Source: Paraspadella gotoi (lineage: Eukaryota; Animalia; Chaetognatha). From it: a stretch of 64,000 nt of DNA. Under the pieces are notes generated by a model. It saw only the letters and a program-made list of their open reading frames with translations. It searched no databases and was not told the DNA's origin. Each line of letters begins with the position of its first letter. The first letter of the stretch is position 1. The position numbers and the translations under genes were made by a program. Below, in pieces: positions 14,988-28,316 of this stretch. The DNA is taken from positions 30,818,091 through 30,882,090 of the forward strand of contig CM119264.1 in NCBI GenBank assembly GCA_051294375.1, given 5' to 3'.

Positions 14988-17900
14988 GATTAATATTTCT
15001 CACTGATGCATGAATGTTTTCTATTTTCTCTTTTCTTGTTCTCCAATTGATAAGACCGTCAGACGACGACGACGACGACGAAAAGAATAATCCTCACAAA
15101 ACGAAGAAATAAACAAAACAAACTAACATCATACGTTGGAAGTTTATTATCAAATGGCGATTGAACCGAAGAGAAAGAAAAAAGGTTTAAGAAATATTAT
15201 TTAATTACACAAAAAATAACCTAATAAAATAGTATTTATTTCGACAACGTTTTCTTCTTTCTTTTATTCCTTCTTTTTTTTTAGTCGATTAAATTTTTAT
15301 TTAAGTTTCTCAGCGGAAATTTGAAAAAAAGAAGATATATATTAACTTGAGAAAGTATAATTATATTTTTTTTAATTTTCGCCCTGGGCTTAGGAAATCC
15401 ACATATTGAAATTAATTTCAATAGGGCGGGGGTTTCAAACTTTAGTCTTGAAGTCTAATTTTACGGTAAAAAAAGATTTTTTAAAAACAAGGCTTTAATT
15501 TAATGCTTTTCATTGTTCTTATTAAATTACAATATTATCATATAATGATAAAAAAAAAAAAAAATAAATTTTTTAATCCAATCTTAAAAAAAAAAACTTT
15601 TTTTGATGGATTCTACTAGAAGCATAAAAAGTTGAAATATAAAAAATTTTAACTTAACAAGCTTTCCAAAATATTTATGTTTTCTTGGTCAAAATAAGGA
15701 AAAGTAATTAAAATTATCAAAAAATGATGCGATGATGATGCATTATAAATAGTTTTTATATTTTTTTACATACTGTATGATCAAAATATCGAAAAAAGAA
15801 TTTAACTTTGTGTAGAACAACTTTTTGCAAGCATACCTGAATTCTGATCTTAAAAATAAAAAAATCAAAAAAAAATTTTTAAGCCTTTCCTATTTATAAA
15901 TAAATATTAAAAAAATTAATATATGGAGTATGGAGTAATATAAAAAAAATTGTCTATTCAAATTTTTTTTAAAAAATGTTCTAAATTTTGTTTTGAGCAG
16001 GTGCTTAATTCATTGCTTAAGCCACCTACAGAAGTTAGTCTCTCCCTGGGCTGGGCTGGGCTGTGTGGTTTTCCCTTCGGTGCAATCGTCTCATTACGTC
16101 GATTACATCAATTTTGTGTGTGTAGAACGGGGGGAAAAAATTATTTTTGTTAATTTAATGACAAATTAACTCGGTAGAACAATTGTTTTTATGTTCACAA
16201 ATTATGTTGTCGCCAATTTAACCCTAGTGTTGGCACAATTTTTATAGTATGCCTTTAGGTTTAGAATACTTTTCTATGACACAAAGTAAAACTTTTTATT
16301 GTTTATTACTAATTTGACTACAAACAATTGAACGAATTTTCCGATCATCAAAAAACGTTAATACGTATGTATTAATTTCTAAGAAACGTCCCATTTAGAT
16401 TTTCTTATCTATAAACTTTTATTTTAACATAAAATCTCTAGTAGTAGTACTAATCTCTTTCCTGAAAAGTTTAATTCCAATCCCTAATTTATTTCGTAAT
16501 TTTTAAACCCTGAGTCACTAACCCTAAAAACCTTTAACCAATCCTTACATCCCTACTTAAAACCAACTTAATTCGGAAAAGAGGACTCCCCAACATCGAC
16601 CCACCCCTCCATCTCTTCCACCCTGACCCAACTACCCGGGACTCAACCAGTGAGTCACCACCTTCAAACACTCTAAAACCACCACAAAATAGTTTCATCG
16701 GATTCGCCAAATTCTTTTTTTCTCCTTCAGAATTTTCAAGCGACGAAGGAGACGATCTCCGCAACCGCGTCGCAGCCTGGACGCAAGACAAAGAGACAGG
16801 CAATGGTGGCAATGAAACGGGCAATGGTGGCAAGATCGTCCCCAGATTGGTGACGATGGCACATATCTGGCAAGAGATAGCAATGCAAGGGCGTCAAGGA
16901 GGGTAAATACCGGTAACATAACTACTGTGGGAATCGATAGAACCGTCGGTTGGCATCGACTGCGCATTCCAATGGCACCGACTGGCATTTCCAATGGCAC
17001 CGCACTGGCATTGCCATGTCACCGCCTGGAATCGCGCGGAGATAGCACTGTCAGGCGCCACATTGGCCACGCTGGCGCCCAGTGGGTGCAGGCCTTCGGA
17101 TCAAGTGGATCATTCGGCGAATCCCTCGAGGCATCGACGCTGACGCCGCTGCCGTCGCCGTCGCTGCGCGTCGCCGCAGGGGCGAGAGTGCTGCTTCGTC
17201 ATTCACCTCATGATTTACGTCAAAATGACGGACGGAATTACGTCGCGGAAAAGCAGAGCATTTGGCGCGGTAAGTGGGGGGGATGAGAGAGAGAGAGGAG
17301 AGAGAGCAGGAGAGAGAGAGAGATGAGAGGAGAGAGAGAGAGAGAGAGAATGGGGAGGAGAGAGAAGAAGAGAGAAAGAGAGAGATAGAGACTTCGATAG
17401 TTCGAAATCCAATAAGGTTTCTTGCCCTCTTGCGTGAAGGAAAAAGAAAAAAGAGACGAGAGAGAGAGAGAGAGAGAGAGAAGAGAGGAGAGAGACGAGA
17501 GAGAGAGAAGAGAGGAGAGAGAGAGATTGAGATAGAGAGAGAGGAGGACTTTCGATAATCGATAGGTCCGAAATCAATTAGCCGTTACTTCCTCTGACGC
17601 AGGGTTTTTGCCATCTGACTGGAGAAAAAGAGTAGATCGGAGTTCGACTGGAAACAAAAGACGAGAGATCCGAAAACAGAAAGGAAATCCAGGTTTTAAT
17701 TGAAATTAATGAAAATGGATTTTATTCGAATTGATATTCGGGATTGAAATGCTGCAGTCTCAATAAATAACCGGCATTTGCATGCACCAAAAAGTTTTTA
17801 CTCATCTAAATTTTTTCGTATTAAACTTATTCTTTTAGTAACTAAGTCAATTGTATTTGAAATTGTAAAATTTCATTTTTAAGTTGCACATGTATTTTTG

Positions 17901-20900
17901 ACCTCGGTTGACCTTAGATCCTCCAGGACGAGGCGTCTCTTATCAGAAACTTTATCCTATCATTCTTCCGAACGAGGTGGCGCCCGACGGAGAAATCCGC
18001 CGCCGCCCCGAAAAGTCTTGAAACGGATTGCGACTTCGAGGCGACCGCAGACGATTCGGTTCACAGATGATGGGAACCACAAATGATGGACCACAGATGA
18101 TTGAACCACAGATGTCAAACGTCGTTTCATTCGGTGACCAATCCCGTGTTTTGGTTCGATGACCCTTTCTCCTTATTTTTTAGCGTTAAAAGGAAAACGT
18201 ATTGACTTCCTCTGGCCTGTATTTTCCCAGAACGCCCATTTTATCTTTAATCAAAGTAAATTAAGGAACGGAAAAATAGGGCGCTTTTGGAAAAGAAAAC
18301 CTTGTTTAAAAAAGAATATTGATGAAGACCATGTATCTAGTGAAACTTTTATCGATTGTTTATTTTGCAAAAAATAGGGAAAGATGTCAACTATTTTTTT
18401 ACCTTAGAGAAATAAATTTAAAATAAGTAAGGAAACTATCATAAAAAAATATATTTTATCATACAGTCAGAAAAAAAGTATCAATCAACTTAAACTTCAA
18501 AAATCATTTTTTCAATTCCGTTTTCAGACACTGAATTCAAATGTATGCTATATTCTACTGCCCTTGAACTAAATTATTTTTTTTCTTGCAAAACATCAAT
18601 AGCTTTTTAAAATAGCTATATTTCTTCATGAATATTATCTCAAAATTAAAAAAGAATAGTGGTGTATTTAAGCTAAAAGCTGGCTACTTTTTTTTTGGCC
18701 GCAGTGTACATGGAAAATGCAAACAGGATACCGCATTCGTTTTTTATCATTTTTTTCTCTCTTTTCATCCAACGAAATTAAAGGCGATTTAGATCTTGCA
18801 ATTCCATATTTTTACCATTACTCTCATCAGTCTCTACATCAATCTCTCCATCATCTCCATTAATCATCTTATATCCAACCAAAATTCTTCTTTATTGCTG
18901 CGCCGATTAAATTTGTCTTCGACTCCATCAAATCTTCAATCGGGGAAATTCGATGTCCAATCTATTCAGTAAATCGCTTCTACGGTCTAAATTTCCGTTA
19001 TATCGGCTCCATTTTCCGGCACACCTACGAGTGTATTCGTTCCGGCACAATTTTCCGGCCCTCCATTGGCTCACCATAATCGAAAACTATATTCAACGCG
19101 ACTTTATTTTGGCTTCGACTACGGCGTCGTTTTCAGGCGTTCCTTTCACAGCGTTCTTTGCGGCGTCGTATTTAGGGCGCGCGTTTCAGGAATCGTTCTT
19201 CCGACGCGCTTTCCGCCGTCGTTTGGGCGCCGTTTTCAGGAATTCATTTCGGCGTCGCTTTTCCGGCGTCGGTTTTAGGCGCCGTTTTCAGAATCGATTT
19301 CCGGTCGTGCTTTCCGGCGTGTTTTAGGGCCGTCGTTTTCAGGAATCAATTTCCGGCCGTCCGCTTTCCGGCGTCGTTTGTAGGGCGTCCGTTTTCACGG
19401 AATCGATTTTCCGACGTGCTTTCGGCGGTCGTTTTAGGGCGCCGTTTTCAGGAATCGTTTTCCGGCGTCGCTTTCCGGCGTCGTATTACGCCATCTTTAT
19501 CTTTCCTCATTCCACGAATAATTTTTCGATTCATTTTGTAGAAAATGATCTTCGTCATTCAACTTCTTTCATTTGTCATTTTTTGACAAGTATTGCTCTC
19601 GAGTTTTTCTTATCCTCTTAACTTGTGTCATTCAACTATATGATCATTCAACTTGTCGTTCATTTAACTTATGTCATTCAACTTCTGTCATTAAACTTAC
19701 AATAAGTCATTCAACCTTTGTCATTTAACCTTTATCATTCACCTTTAACTGTCTTTAAAACCCTTTGTCATTCCACCTTTGTCATTTCAACCAAGTTCTC
19801 AATTTCCTTTGATTAATTTTTCCATTTTTCAATTTTACGCAAAATTTTGCGAAAAACGAGTTTCTTCTTTTTTCTTCTTCTTTTTTCTTTTTTATTTTTG
19901 TTCTTATCTTTTCTTTCCATTCGATTTCTTTTGTGATCAGAAACAAGAAACAACTAAACTTTAGTTCTTCTTTTGTCTGTCTTTTGCTGTATTAATTAAA
20001 CGTTCGATAATATAAAAAGATCGTGTCGAGATTTCGTTAAAAAGGAAAGATTAGGAGGAAAAAAAATGATGCTAATATAGAACAACGCTAAAAATTCAAA
20101 CTGAGTATAAAATTATTGAAAATAGAAATCTTTAAATAATCTAAATCGTAAAATCACTTAATAAACGCATCAGGAATTTTTGTCCTAATAACTTCACAGC
20201 CAGAATCATACCCTTCTGAACAAAACAAACTGCAACAAAAAATTATTATAATTTTTATGAAATTAACTCTGAAAAAAGTTATTTTTAAGTCATTCAAAAG
20301 AAGGGAAAGTCGTTCAAATTCGCGCAAAAGAAATTAATTACTTCGTACACGCAATTTTTTTAAGTAAGACATTTGGAAAAAATTATGAAACTACTAAATT
20401 ATATCGGTTTACAACTTAATATGCCATATATTGTCAACATTTCTAGAAGTGGGAATATTTTTTTTTTTTCAAAATTAAATTTCACCAACGAAATGCTCTT
20501 TAAGACATTAATGATATTCAATTGAATTATTGGATTGGATGACTCAATATATGATGATCACTGTATTCATAATACCATGTCATAAGTGACAGACGCCCTT
20601 CCTTATCCAGGCAATCCGCTCACGCGACGGACCGACTGAAGAACCTGCTTCATTTCTTTCCTCCTCCTCCTCCCTCTTCTCTTCCTCCTCCTTTCTTTCT
20701 CCCTCTTTCTTCCTCCTCCTCCTCCCTCTTCTTCTTCCTCTCCTTCTTTCTCCTCTCTCTTCTCTCCTCCTCCTCTTCTTTCCTCCTCCCTTTCTTCTCC
20801 CTCTTCTCTTCCTCCTCCTACCTCCTCTTCTCTCCTCCTCCCTTTCTTTCTCCCTCTTCTCTCCGGCTCCTCTCCTCTTCCTACTCTCCCTTCCTCCCTC

Positions 20901-22540
20901 CGGCTTCTTCTCTCTCCAACCTCCTTCCTCCTCATCCTCCTCCTAATTACAATATCCCTATTCCTCCATATTTCTCATTCTATTCTTCCCATGCGTATAG
21001 TCTTTAATCCGTTCCTTTTTTTCCTTCCTTCTAATCTTCCCAATTGCGCGATTGCTAATCCCTCCTTTCCTCCTTCTAATTTCACAATAGCGTAATTTCT
21101 TAAATCCCTCCTTTCTTCTTCCTAATCTTCGCCAATTTGCGCGATTGCGTAATCCTCCTTTTCCTCCTTTCTAATCTTCACAATAGCGTAATTCCTAATC
21201 CATTTACCGTTCCTTCTTCTAATCTTTTCCTATTTTCCTCCTTCTCTCCTCAGTCTTATCGTGGCATTCCTCTTATTTGGTCCAATTCCTTCTTTCCCTT
21301 CCTTCTTCCGCTTCCTTTCCTCCCCTTCTTCTTCCCTTCCTTCCTCCCTTCCTCCTTCTCTCACTCCCTTATCAAACTACCTTCCAGCTCCTCTTCTTAT
21401 CCTCTTCGCTTTGTCTTCAACGCAGCCGCAATGCCTCCTGAATAAACGGTAAAGGAAAAAGGGGAAATGCGTGAAGGGAACGGGTAATGAAAAAGTGGAA
21501 GGGTTCGAGGTCAGATATATATCATGTAGACGAGTTAGAAGCGTAAGAGGTCTATAAAAGGGTTAGAGGTTAGAACAAAAGAGTAAGATTAACGTACTGA
21601 CAAAGGAAAAAGAAAACAAAAAAGACATTGATAAAGCGAATATTATTAAAAAATGAATTTAATTATTTAGTATTAAAAATGTCATTTTTTTAGTCAACAT
21701 TAGGACAACCTTCGGATCTGAGAAAAAAAAACAATTATTCTTTAGTAAATAAAGATTATAGAAGCCAACATATCTTGCATCCTGACTTTAGAGTGGCTGT
21801 GAGCTATTGGCCCATGGTAATGTTCTGCTCACAGTCCAGTTTACTAACTAGCAATAAAGTTTTCAAAAAACCGTCTGCCCAATTCGTTATCAATAAGAAT
21901 CAACGATGATTAAGTATTGTATATCGGAAAAATGTTTTTAAAATAGGTGAAACCTATATTAAAAATTATTAAATAGAGGTATTAAATATATTTTAAACAA
22001 AAACTAACTTTATTCGTATTTTTTTAGCATTGTTATCCTTTATCGCACGAGAGCCTTAAGATGAGAGGAAAGTTTTCAAGTCAAGAGCCTTTACTCGGGT
22101 AAGTTTATAATAAAATTTATTTTTTTAATTTATAATTTAAATATATTGCAATTGCTCTTTTTACTTGCTTTGGTGAATTAACTCGTTCCCGGTTCAAAGT
22201 CGCTGGCATCGAGAGAAAAAGAAATTAAAGAAATGAAAACAAGAAGGCTAACGCTTCGATCCGGCCGCGCTTCTACATACCAGCGAAAAAAGCCAACAAA
22301 GAAAAATTAAATTACTCAGGTGGAATAAGCCTGAATTTCTCGCTTCATAGTTTTATAATTGTCATCTATAAATGATATAAAATGATTATAAATGTTCTTT
22401 TTTTACGTCGAAGCCATTTGTTGGTGAAATTACGAATCTGTGTTCGGTTACCATTCCGTCTTGAGATTGTGTAACCTCAAAGTCCTTGCAAACTATGAGA
22501 GTATCTGTTTGTTCACAAAATTTGGTATTACTTCCTCTAA
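13367..22540 (+). repeat. Indel-rich direct duplicate (copy B) of 1-8932, including a frameshifted copy of the low-complexity gene
   Basis: Colinear near-identity at an offset of ~13.4-13.6 kb; differences are mostly 1-bp indels; fills the N gaps of copy A. Confidence 0.95.
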
Positions 22541-22762
22541 AACTCCGGATATGATTCATTAAAAAAATAATAAAAACATAGGTCGGCGTATATTACAACC
22601 ACCCCATTAGGCTTCCGTTTGAAAATGAGAATAAGTATTACGTGCTAAAGACTTTATGAATTTTTCCATCTGTTGTTTGGCAACCTTAAACAATTAATGA
22701 TTGATTTCTTAAACATTTATCTCCAATCGATTAACCTTCACACGCATTTACCTCCATTTCAG

Positions 22763-22954
22763 ATCCAACGCCGCGATCGACCAGACTCTCGAGCCGGCTC
22801 GATCCGAAGTTCGTTCCGAGACGAGATCTTCGGACCTGATTCTTGGAGACGCGATTGCAGATCGACGCCAGGAGGAGAAACTTGGAGACCGTCCCCTTGA
22901 GGATAACTTCGGGAGTCGTTCCCTTGGAGATCATCCGGCGACAAACTCTTTCCG
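22763..22954 (+). CDS. Exon of the low-complexity gene (SNAAIDQTLEPARSEVRSETRSSDLILGDAIAD...); noisy repeat and continuation at ~23395-23930
   Basis: catttcAG acceptor; frame open up to the gap. Confidence 0.45.
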
Positions 22955-22979
22955 NNNNNNNNNNNNNNNNNNNNNNNNN

Positions 22980-23600
22980 AAATGATTGTAAATGTTCTTT
23001 TTTTACGTCGAAGCCATTTGTTGTGAGGAATTACGGAATCTGGTGTCGGTTTACCATTCCGTCTTGAGATTGTGCTTAACCTCAAAGTCCCTTTGCAAGA
23101 CGTATGAGAGTATACTGTTTAAAGTTCACAAATTTGGATATTATTCCTCTAGAAACTCCGGATATGATTCAATTAAAAAAAACATAATAAAGAAATAGGT
23201 CGGCGTAGTAACGTTACAACCGTACACCCATTAAGGCTTCCGTTTTGAAAATGGAAGAATAAAGTATTACGTTGTACGAAAGACTTTATGAATTTTCCAT
23301 CGTTGTTTGGCAAACCTTAAACAATTTAATGATTGATTTCTTAACATATTATTCTCAATCGATTAACCTTATCACGCAATTTAACCTCCATTCAGATCCA
23401 ACGCCCGCGGATCGACCAGACTCTCGAGCGCGGCTCGATGCCGACCAGTTCGTTCCGAGACGAGATCTTCGACCTGAATTCTTGGTAGACGCGATTGCAG
23501 ATCGACGCCAGGCACAGGAGAGAACTTAGCAGAGACCGTCCCCTTGAGGATTAACCTCGGGAGTCGTCCCTTGGAAGATTCATATCCGGCGAAACAACCC
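22980..23600 (+). repeat. Noisy re-duplication of 22380-22954 immediately after a 25-N gap
   Basis: Colinear near-identity with indels. Confidence 0.9.
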
Positions 23601-24547
23601 TCTTTCGCGGATCGAACTTCGCGGGATAACTCTCCGTGGAATCGCCCTACGCAGGGGATCGCCCTTCTTGAGACAGGCATCGTCCACTCTGCGCAGTCCC
23701 TATCATCTTTAACGGACAGACGCGACATAAGACGCGGACTCGGAAAATCGACGAAAAGACTTGACGCCTTCCAAGTCTAACAGTAGACGCTGAAATCGAT
23801 CGTCTAGTTTCCAAGTTCTAACTACGACCTGAAATCGACAACGCTTAACCAATCGCCGTCACAAAAAAGCGTCAGGATTTCGAAGGAGAATCTGGATTCG
23901 GAAGGAGAAGAGTTAGAGGGGGAGGAGAGGTGAGGAGAGGAGAGAGAGAAGAGAGAGAGAGAGAGCAGGTGAGAGAGAAACGGAGGCTGAGGAAAGTGCT
24001 AACTAGAAGATTAGGAGATATGAGAGACAAGCGAAAGACGGGGCACAAGCGGAAAGAAACAACACATGCGAAAAGAAAGCAGGAGGGACAGACAAAAGGA
24101 AAGAGAGAGAACATGAGAGAGAGGACCATGGAGAACGACATGAAAGGGAGACATCGAGGAGAAGAACATAGGAAAAACATGAAAAGAGACATGAAAGAGA
24201 TCATGGAAAGAGAACATGTAAAGGACAGACATGGAAAAGAGACATGGAAAGAAGTTACATGGAAAGAGACTGAAAAGATGACGTAAAGGAAAAAGATTAC
24301 ATGGAATAGAGATACGAATAGGGAGAAAGTAGAATGTATTAACCAAACAGCATACAAAATAGTCGAATGTTGTAAACGAGGCATAGAAATATATTAACCC
24401 GGGTAATTTATAATCACAATAAGCGAATAATAACCGAAGCGAATTACAGTTGAGGAATCAAACATTAAAATCTCAAGAATGACTGATTTAGAGTTTCTCT
24501 TTCCTATTGGCTCATTTTTCCTTCCCCGCCCCCTTCGTCTTTTACAG

Positions 24548-24757
24548 CCTCTGATCTGGAAGGCCTCTCGCCGGAGGATCTTCCACCTCCTCGTTACGTT
24601 TTGCTTCCGTCTGGAAAATACAAGAAGAAAAGGTTCATCTCCCGCGAGCTGAAGACGACGACGATGACGACTACTATGACGACGACGATGACGACGACGA
24701 CGATGACTATGACGACGACAACGACGACAATGGCTACTACTCCTGCTAGCGGTCAAA
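24548..24757 (+). CDS. Exon with a Thr/Met-rich tract (DLEGLSPEDLPPPRYVLLPSGKYKKKRFISRELKTTTMTTT...)
   Basis: tttacAG acceptor, GTAAGT donor, open frame, phase 1-1. Confidence 0.55.
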
Positions 24758-25309
24758 GTAAGTTGCGCTATACAATTAATATTCGTTTATATTCATTTTT
24801 GTCATCTCCTTTTGAGAAATCTAAGAAAAAAAAATTACCGGTGATTTTTGTCAAATTTTATGTTAGTTTAAACTGGTTAACTTCAGCTAATATTTTTTAC
24901 AAGACTTCTATTTTTTTCTGCCCAATAAATTTGGAAAATGCAGTTCTTTCTGTGAACGTTATACTTAAGACATATACGACCATTTAATATCAGTCATTCA
25001 TCTCTCTAACGCCTGTTTGAAAACTTTAAGACATTCTTATATTCAAACCAAATTGAATATATTTTAGTCAAATTTATAAACTATCAGAACAATTAGACAA
25101 TATTCACACAAATTAGGAGAATCACAACCACTTTTAAACGGTGCCCATCTAATGCTTCCCTGATACTTGGCAAGAATCAGATATAAGTTTCTGATAATTC
25201 CCAGCCTGAAAGTACCAAGTGGGACTCTGTTTCTAAACCTTAGTTTAATATAAACCTCAGATCTTTAATTAAACACACAAGATATTATTTACCATTTCTC
25301 AATTTTTAA

Positions 25310-28300
25310 TGCTCCTTGGCCTTCTTTCCCTCTCAATCCCTAACGATCCCCTGCTCCTTGAATCCCCTCTTTCCCTCTCAAGCCCTAACGATCCCCTCTT
25401 TCCCTCACGATCCCCTGCTCCTTGAATCCCCTCTTTCTCTCTCAAACCCTAATGATCCCATGCTCCTTGGCCTTCTTTCCCTCTCAATCCCTAACGATCC
25501 CCTGCTCCTGGAATCCCTCTTGTCCCTTCAAATCGCCTAATGATCCCCTGCTCCTTGAATCCCCTCTTTCCCTCTCAATCCCTAACAGATCCCATGCTCC
25601 TGGAATCCCCTCTTTCCTCTCAATCCCTAATGATCCCTGCTCTTTGAATCCCCTCTTTCCCTCTCAAGCCCTAATGATCCCGCTGCTCCTGGAATCCCCT
25701 TTCCCCTCAATCCCTAATGATCCCTGCTCTTTGAATCCCTCTTTCCCTCTCAATCCCTAACGATCCCCCTGCTCCTGAAATCCCCTCTTTCCTCTCAAGC
25801 CCCTAACGGATCCCCCCACTGGGGCCCTCCCTGGAATCCCTTTCCCTCTCAATCCGCTAATGATCCCTGCTCTTTGAATCCCCTCTTTCCCCTCTCAAGC
25901 CCTAATGATCCCCTGCTCCTGGAATCCCTCTTTCCCATCTCAACCCTAACGATCCCCTGCTCCTAAATCCCGCTCTTTCCCCTCTCAAACCTAATGATCC
26001 CCTGCTCGACTTGAATCCCCTCTTTCCCTCTCAAGCCCTAACGATCCCCTGCTCCTGGAATCCCCTCTTTCCCTCTCAATAGCCCTAATGATCCCCTGCT
26101 CTCCTGGAATCCCCTCTTTCCCTCTCACAAGCCCTAATGATGCCCCTGCTTCCTTGAATCCCCTTTTTCCCTCTCCAAGCCCTAACGATCCCCTGCTCCT
26201 GGAATCCCCTTTTTTCCCTCTCAGCCCTAACGATCCCCTGCTCCTTTGAATCCCTCTTTCCTCTCAAGCCCTAATCGATCCCCTGCTTCCTGGAATCCCC
26301 TCTTTCCCTCTCAACGCCCTAACTATCCCGCTGCTTTGGAATCCCCTCTTTCCCTCTCAAGCCCTAATGATCCCCTGCTCCTGGAATCCCCCTCTTTCCC
26401 TCTCAAGCCCTAATGATCCCCTGCTCCTGGAATCCCTCTTTCCCTCTCAATCCCTAAATGTCCCCTGCTCCTTGAAATCCCCTCTTTCCCTCTCAATCCC
26501 TAACGATCCCCTGCTCCTGGAATCCCATCTTTCCCTCTCAAGCCCTAAGATCCCCTGCTCCTGGAATCCCTTTCCCTTCGCAAATCCCTAATGATCCCTG
26601 CCTGGGAATCCCCTCTTTCCCTCTCAATCCCTAACGATCCCTGCTCCTTGAATCCCCTCTTTCCCTCTCAACCCTAATGATCCCCTAGCTCTTGAATCCC
26701 TCTTTCCCTCCTCAAGCCCTAAATGATCCCCTGCTCTGAATCCCCTTTTTCCCCTAAGCCTAAGATCCCTGCTCCTGGAAATCCCCTTTTTCCCTCTCAA
26801 GCCCTAACGATCCCTGCTCCTTTGAATCCCCTCTCTTCCCCTCTCAAGCCCTAATGATGCCCGCTGCTTCATGGAATCCCCCTTTCCTCTCAAGCCCTAA
26901 TGAATCCCCTGCTCTTTGAATCCTCCCCTCTTTTCCCTCTCAAGCCCTAACGATCCCTGCTCCCTTGAATCCCCTTTTTCCCTCTCAAGCCCTAATGATC
27001 CCTGCTCTGGAATCCCTCTTTCCCTCCTCATACCTAACGATCCCGCTCCTTGAATCCCTCTTTCCCTCTCAAGCCCTAACGATCCCCTGCTCTTCTGAAT
27101 CCCTCTTTCCCTCTAGCCCTAATGATCCCTGCTCCTGGAATCCCCTCTTCCCTCTCAATCCCTAACGATCCCCTGCTCCTGGAATCCCCTCTTCCCTCTC
27201 AATCCCTAACGATCCCCTGCTACCTGAATCCCCTCTTTCCTCTTCATCCCTAACGATCCCCTGCTACCTGGAATCCCCTCTTTCCCTCTCAATCCCTAAT
27301 GATCCCCTGCTCTTTGAATCCCCTGCTTCTCCCTCTCAAGCCCTAATGATCCCCTGCTCCTGGAATCCCCTTTCCTCTCAATCCCTAATGATCGCCCTGC
27401 TCTTTGAATCCCCTCTTTCCCTCTCAATCCCTAACGATCCCCTGCTCGCTGAATCCCCTCTTTCCCCATCTCAAGCCTAACGATCCCCTGCTCCTGAATC
27501 CCCTCTTTCCCTCTCAATCCTAATAATCCCCTGCTCTTTGAATCCCCTCTTTCCCTCTCAACCTAATGATCCCTCTGCCTCCTGGAATCCCCTTTTTCCC
27601 TCTCAAGCCTAACGATCCCGCTCGCCTTTGAATCCCCTCTTTCCCTCTCAAGCACTAAGACCCCTGCTCCTGGAATCCCCTCTTTCCCTCTCAAGCCCTA
27701 ACGATCCCCTGGCTCCTGGAATCCCCTCTTTCCCCTCTCAATCCCTAATGATCCCCTGCCTCTTGAATCCCCTCTTTCCCTCTCAAAGCCCTAATGATCC
27801 CCTGCTCCTGGAATCCCCTTTTTCCCTCTCAAGCCTAACGATCCCTGCTGCTCCTGAATCCCCTTTTTCCCTCTCAAGCCCTAACGATCCCTGCTCCTGA
27901 ATCCCCTCTTTCCTCTCAACCCTAATGGATCCCCTGCTCCTGAATCCCCTTTTCCCTCTCAAGCCCTAACGAATCCCTGCTCTTTGAATCCCCTTCTTTC
28001 CCTCTCAAGCCCTAAATGATCCCCTGCTCCTTGAATCCCCTCTTCCCTCTCAAAGCCCTAAGATCCCCTGCTCCTGAATCCCTCTTTCCTCTCAACCCTA
28101 AGATCCCATGCTCCTGCCTTGACTTCCCCTCTCAATCCCTAACGATCCCCTGCTCCTGGAATCCCCTCTTTCCCTCTCAACCCTAAGATCCCTGCTCCAT
28201 CCTCTTTCCCTCCAACCTAAGATCCCTGCTCCTGAATCCCTCTTTCCTCTCAACCCTAAGATCCCCTGCTCCTGAATCCTCTTTCCCTCTCAAGCCCTAA

Positions 28301-28316
28301 TGATCCCCTGTTCCTT
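25310..28316. repeat. ~3-kb minisatellite of a 45-bp unit (ccctaatgatcccctgctcctggaatcccctctttccctctcaag), ~65 copies
   Basis: Direct periodicity; abuts and overlaps the TTC26 3' end. Confidence 0.97.

Noticed and set aside
13367-22540. True paralogue or pseudogene of the low-complexity gene
   Set aside because: Error spectrum is random single-base indels, including within exons, typical of unpolished long reads.
25310-28316. CRISPR array or telomeric tract (CCCTAA in the unit)
   Set aside because: Head-to-tail 45-bp units with no unique spacers and no cas genes; CCCTAA is not tandem.
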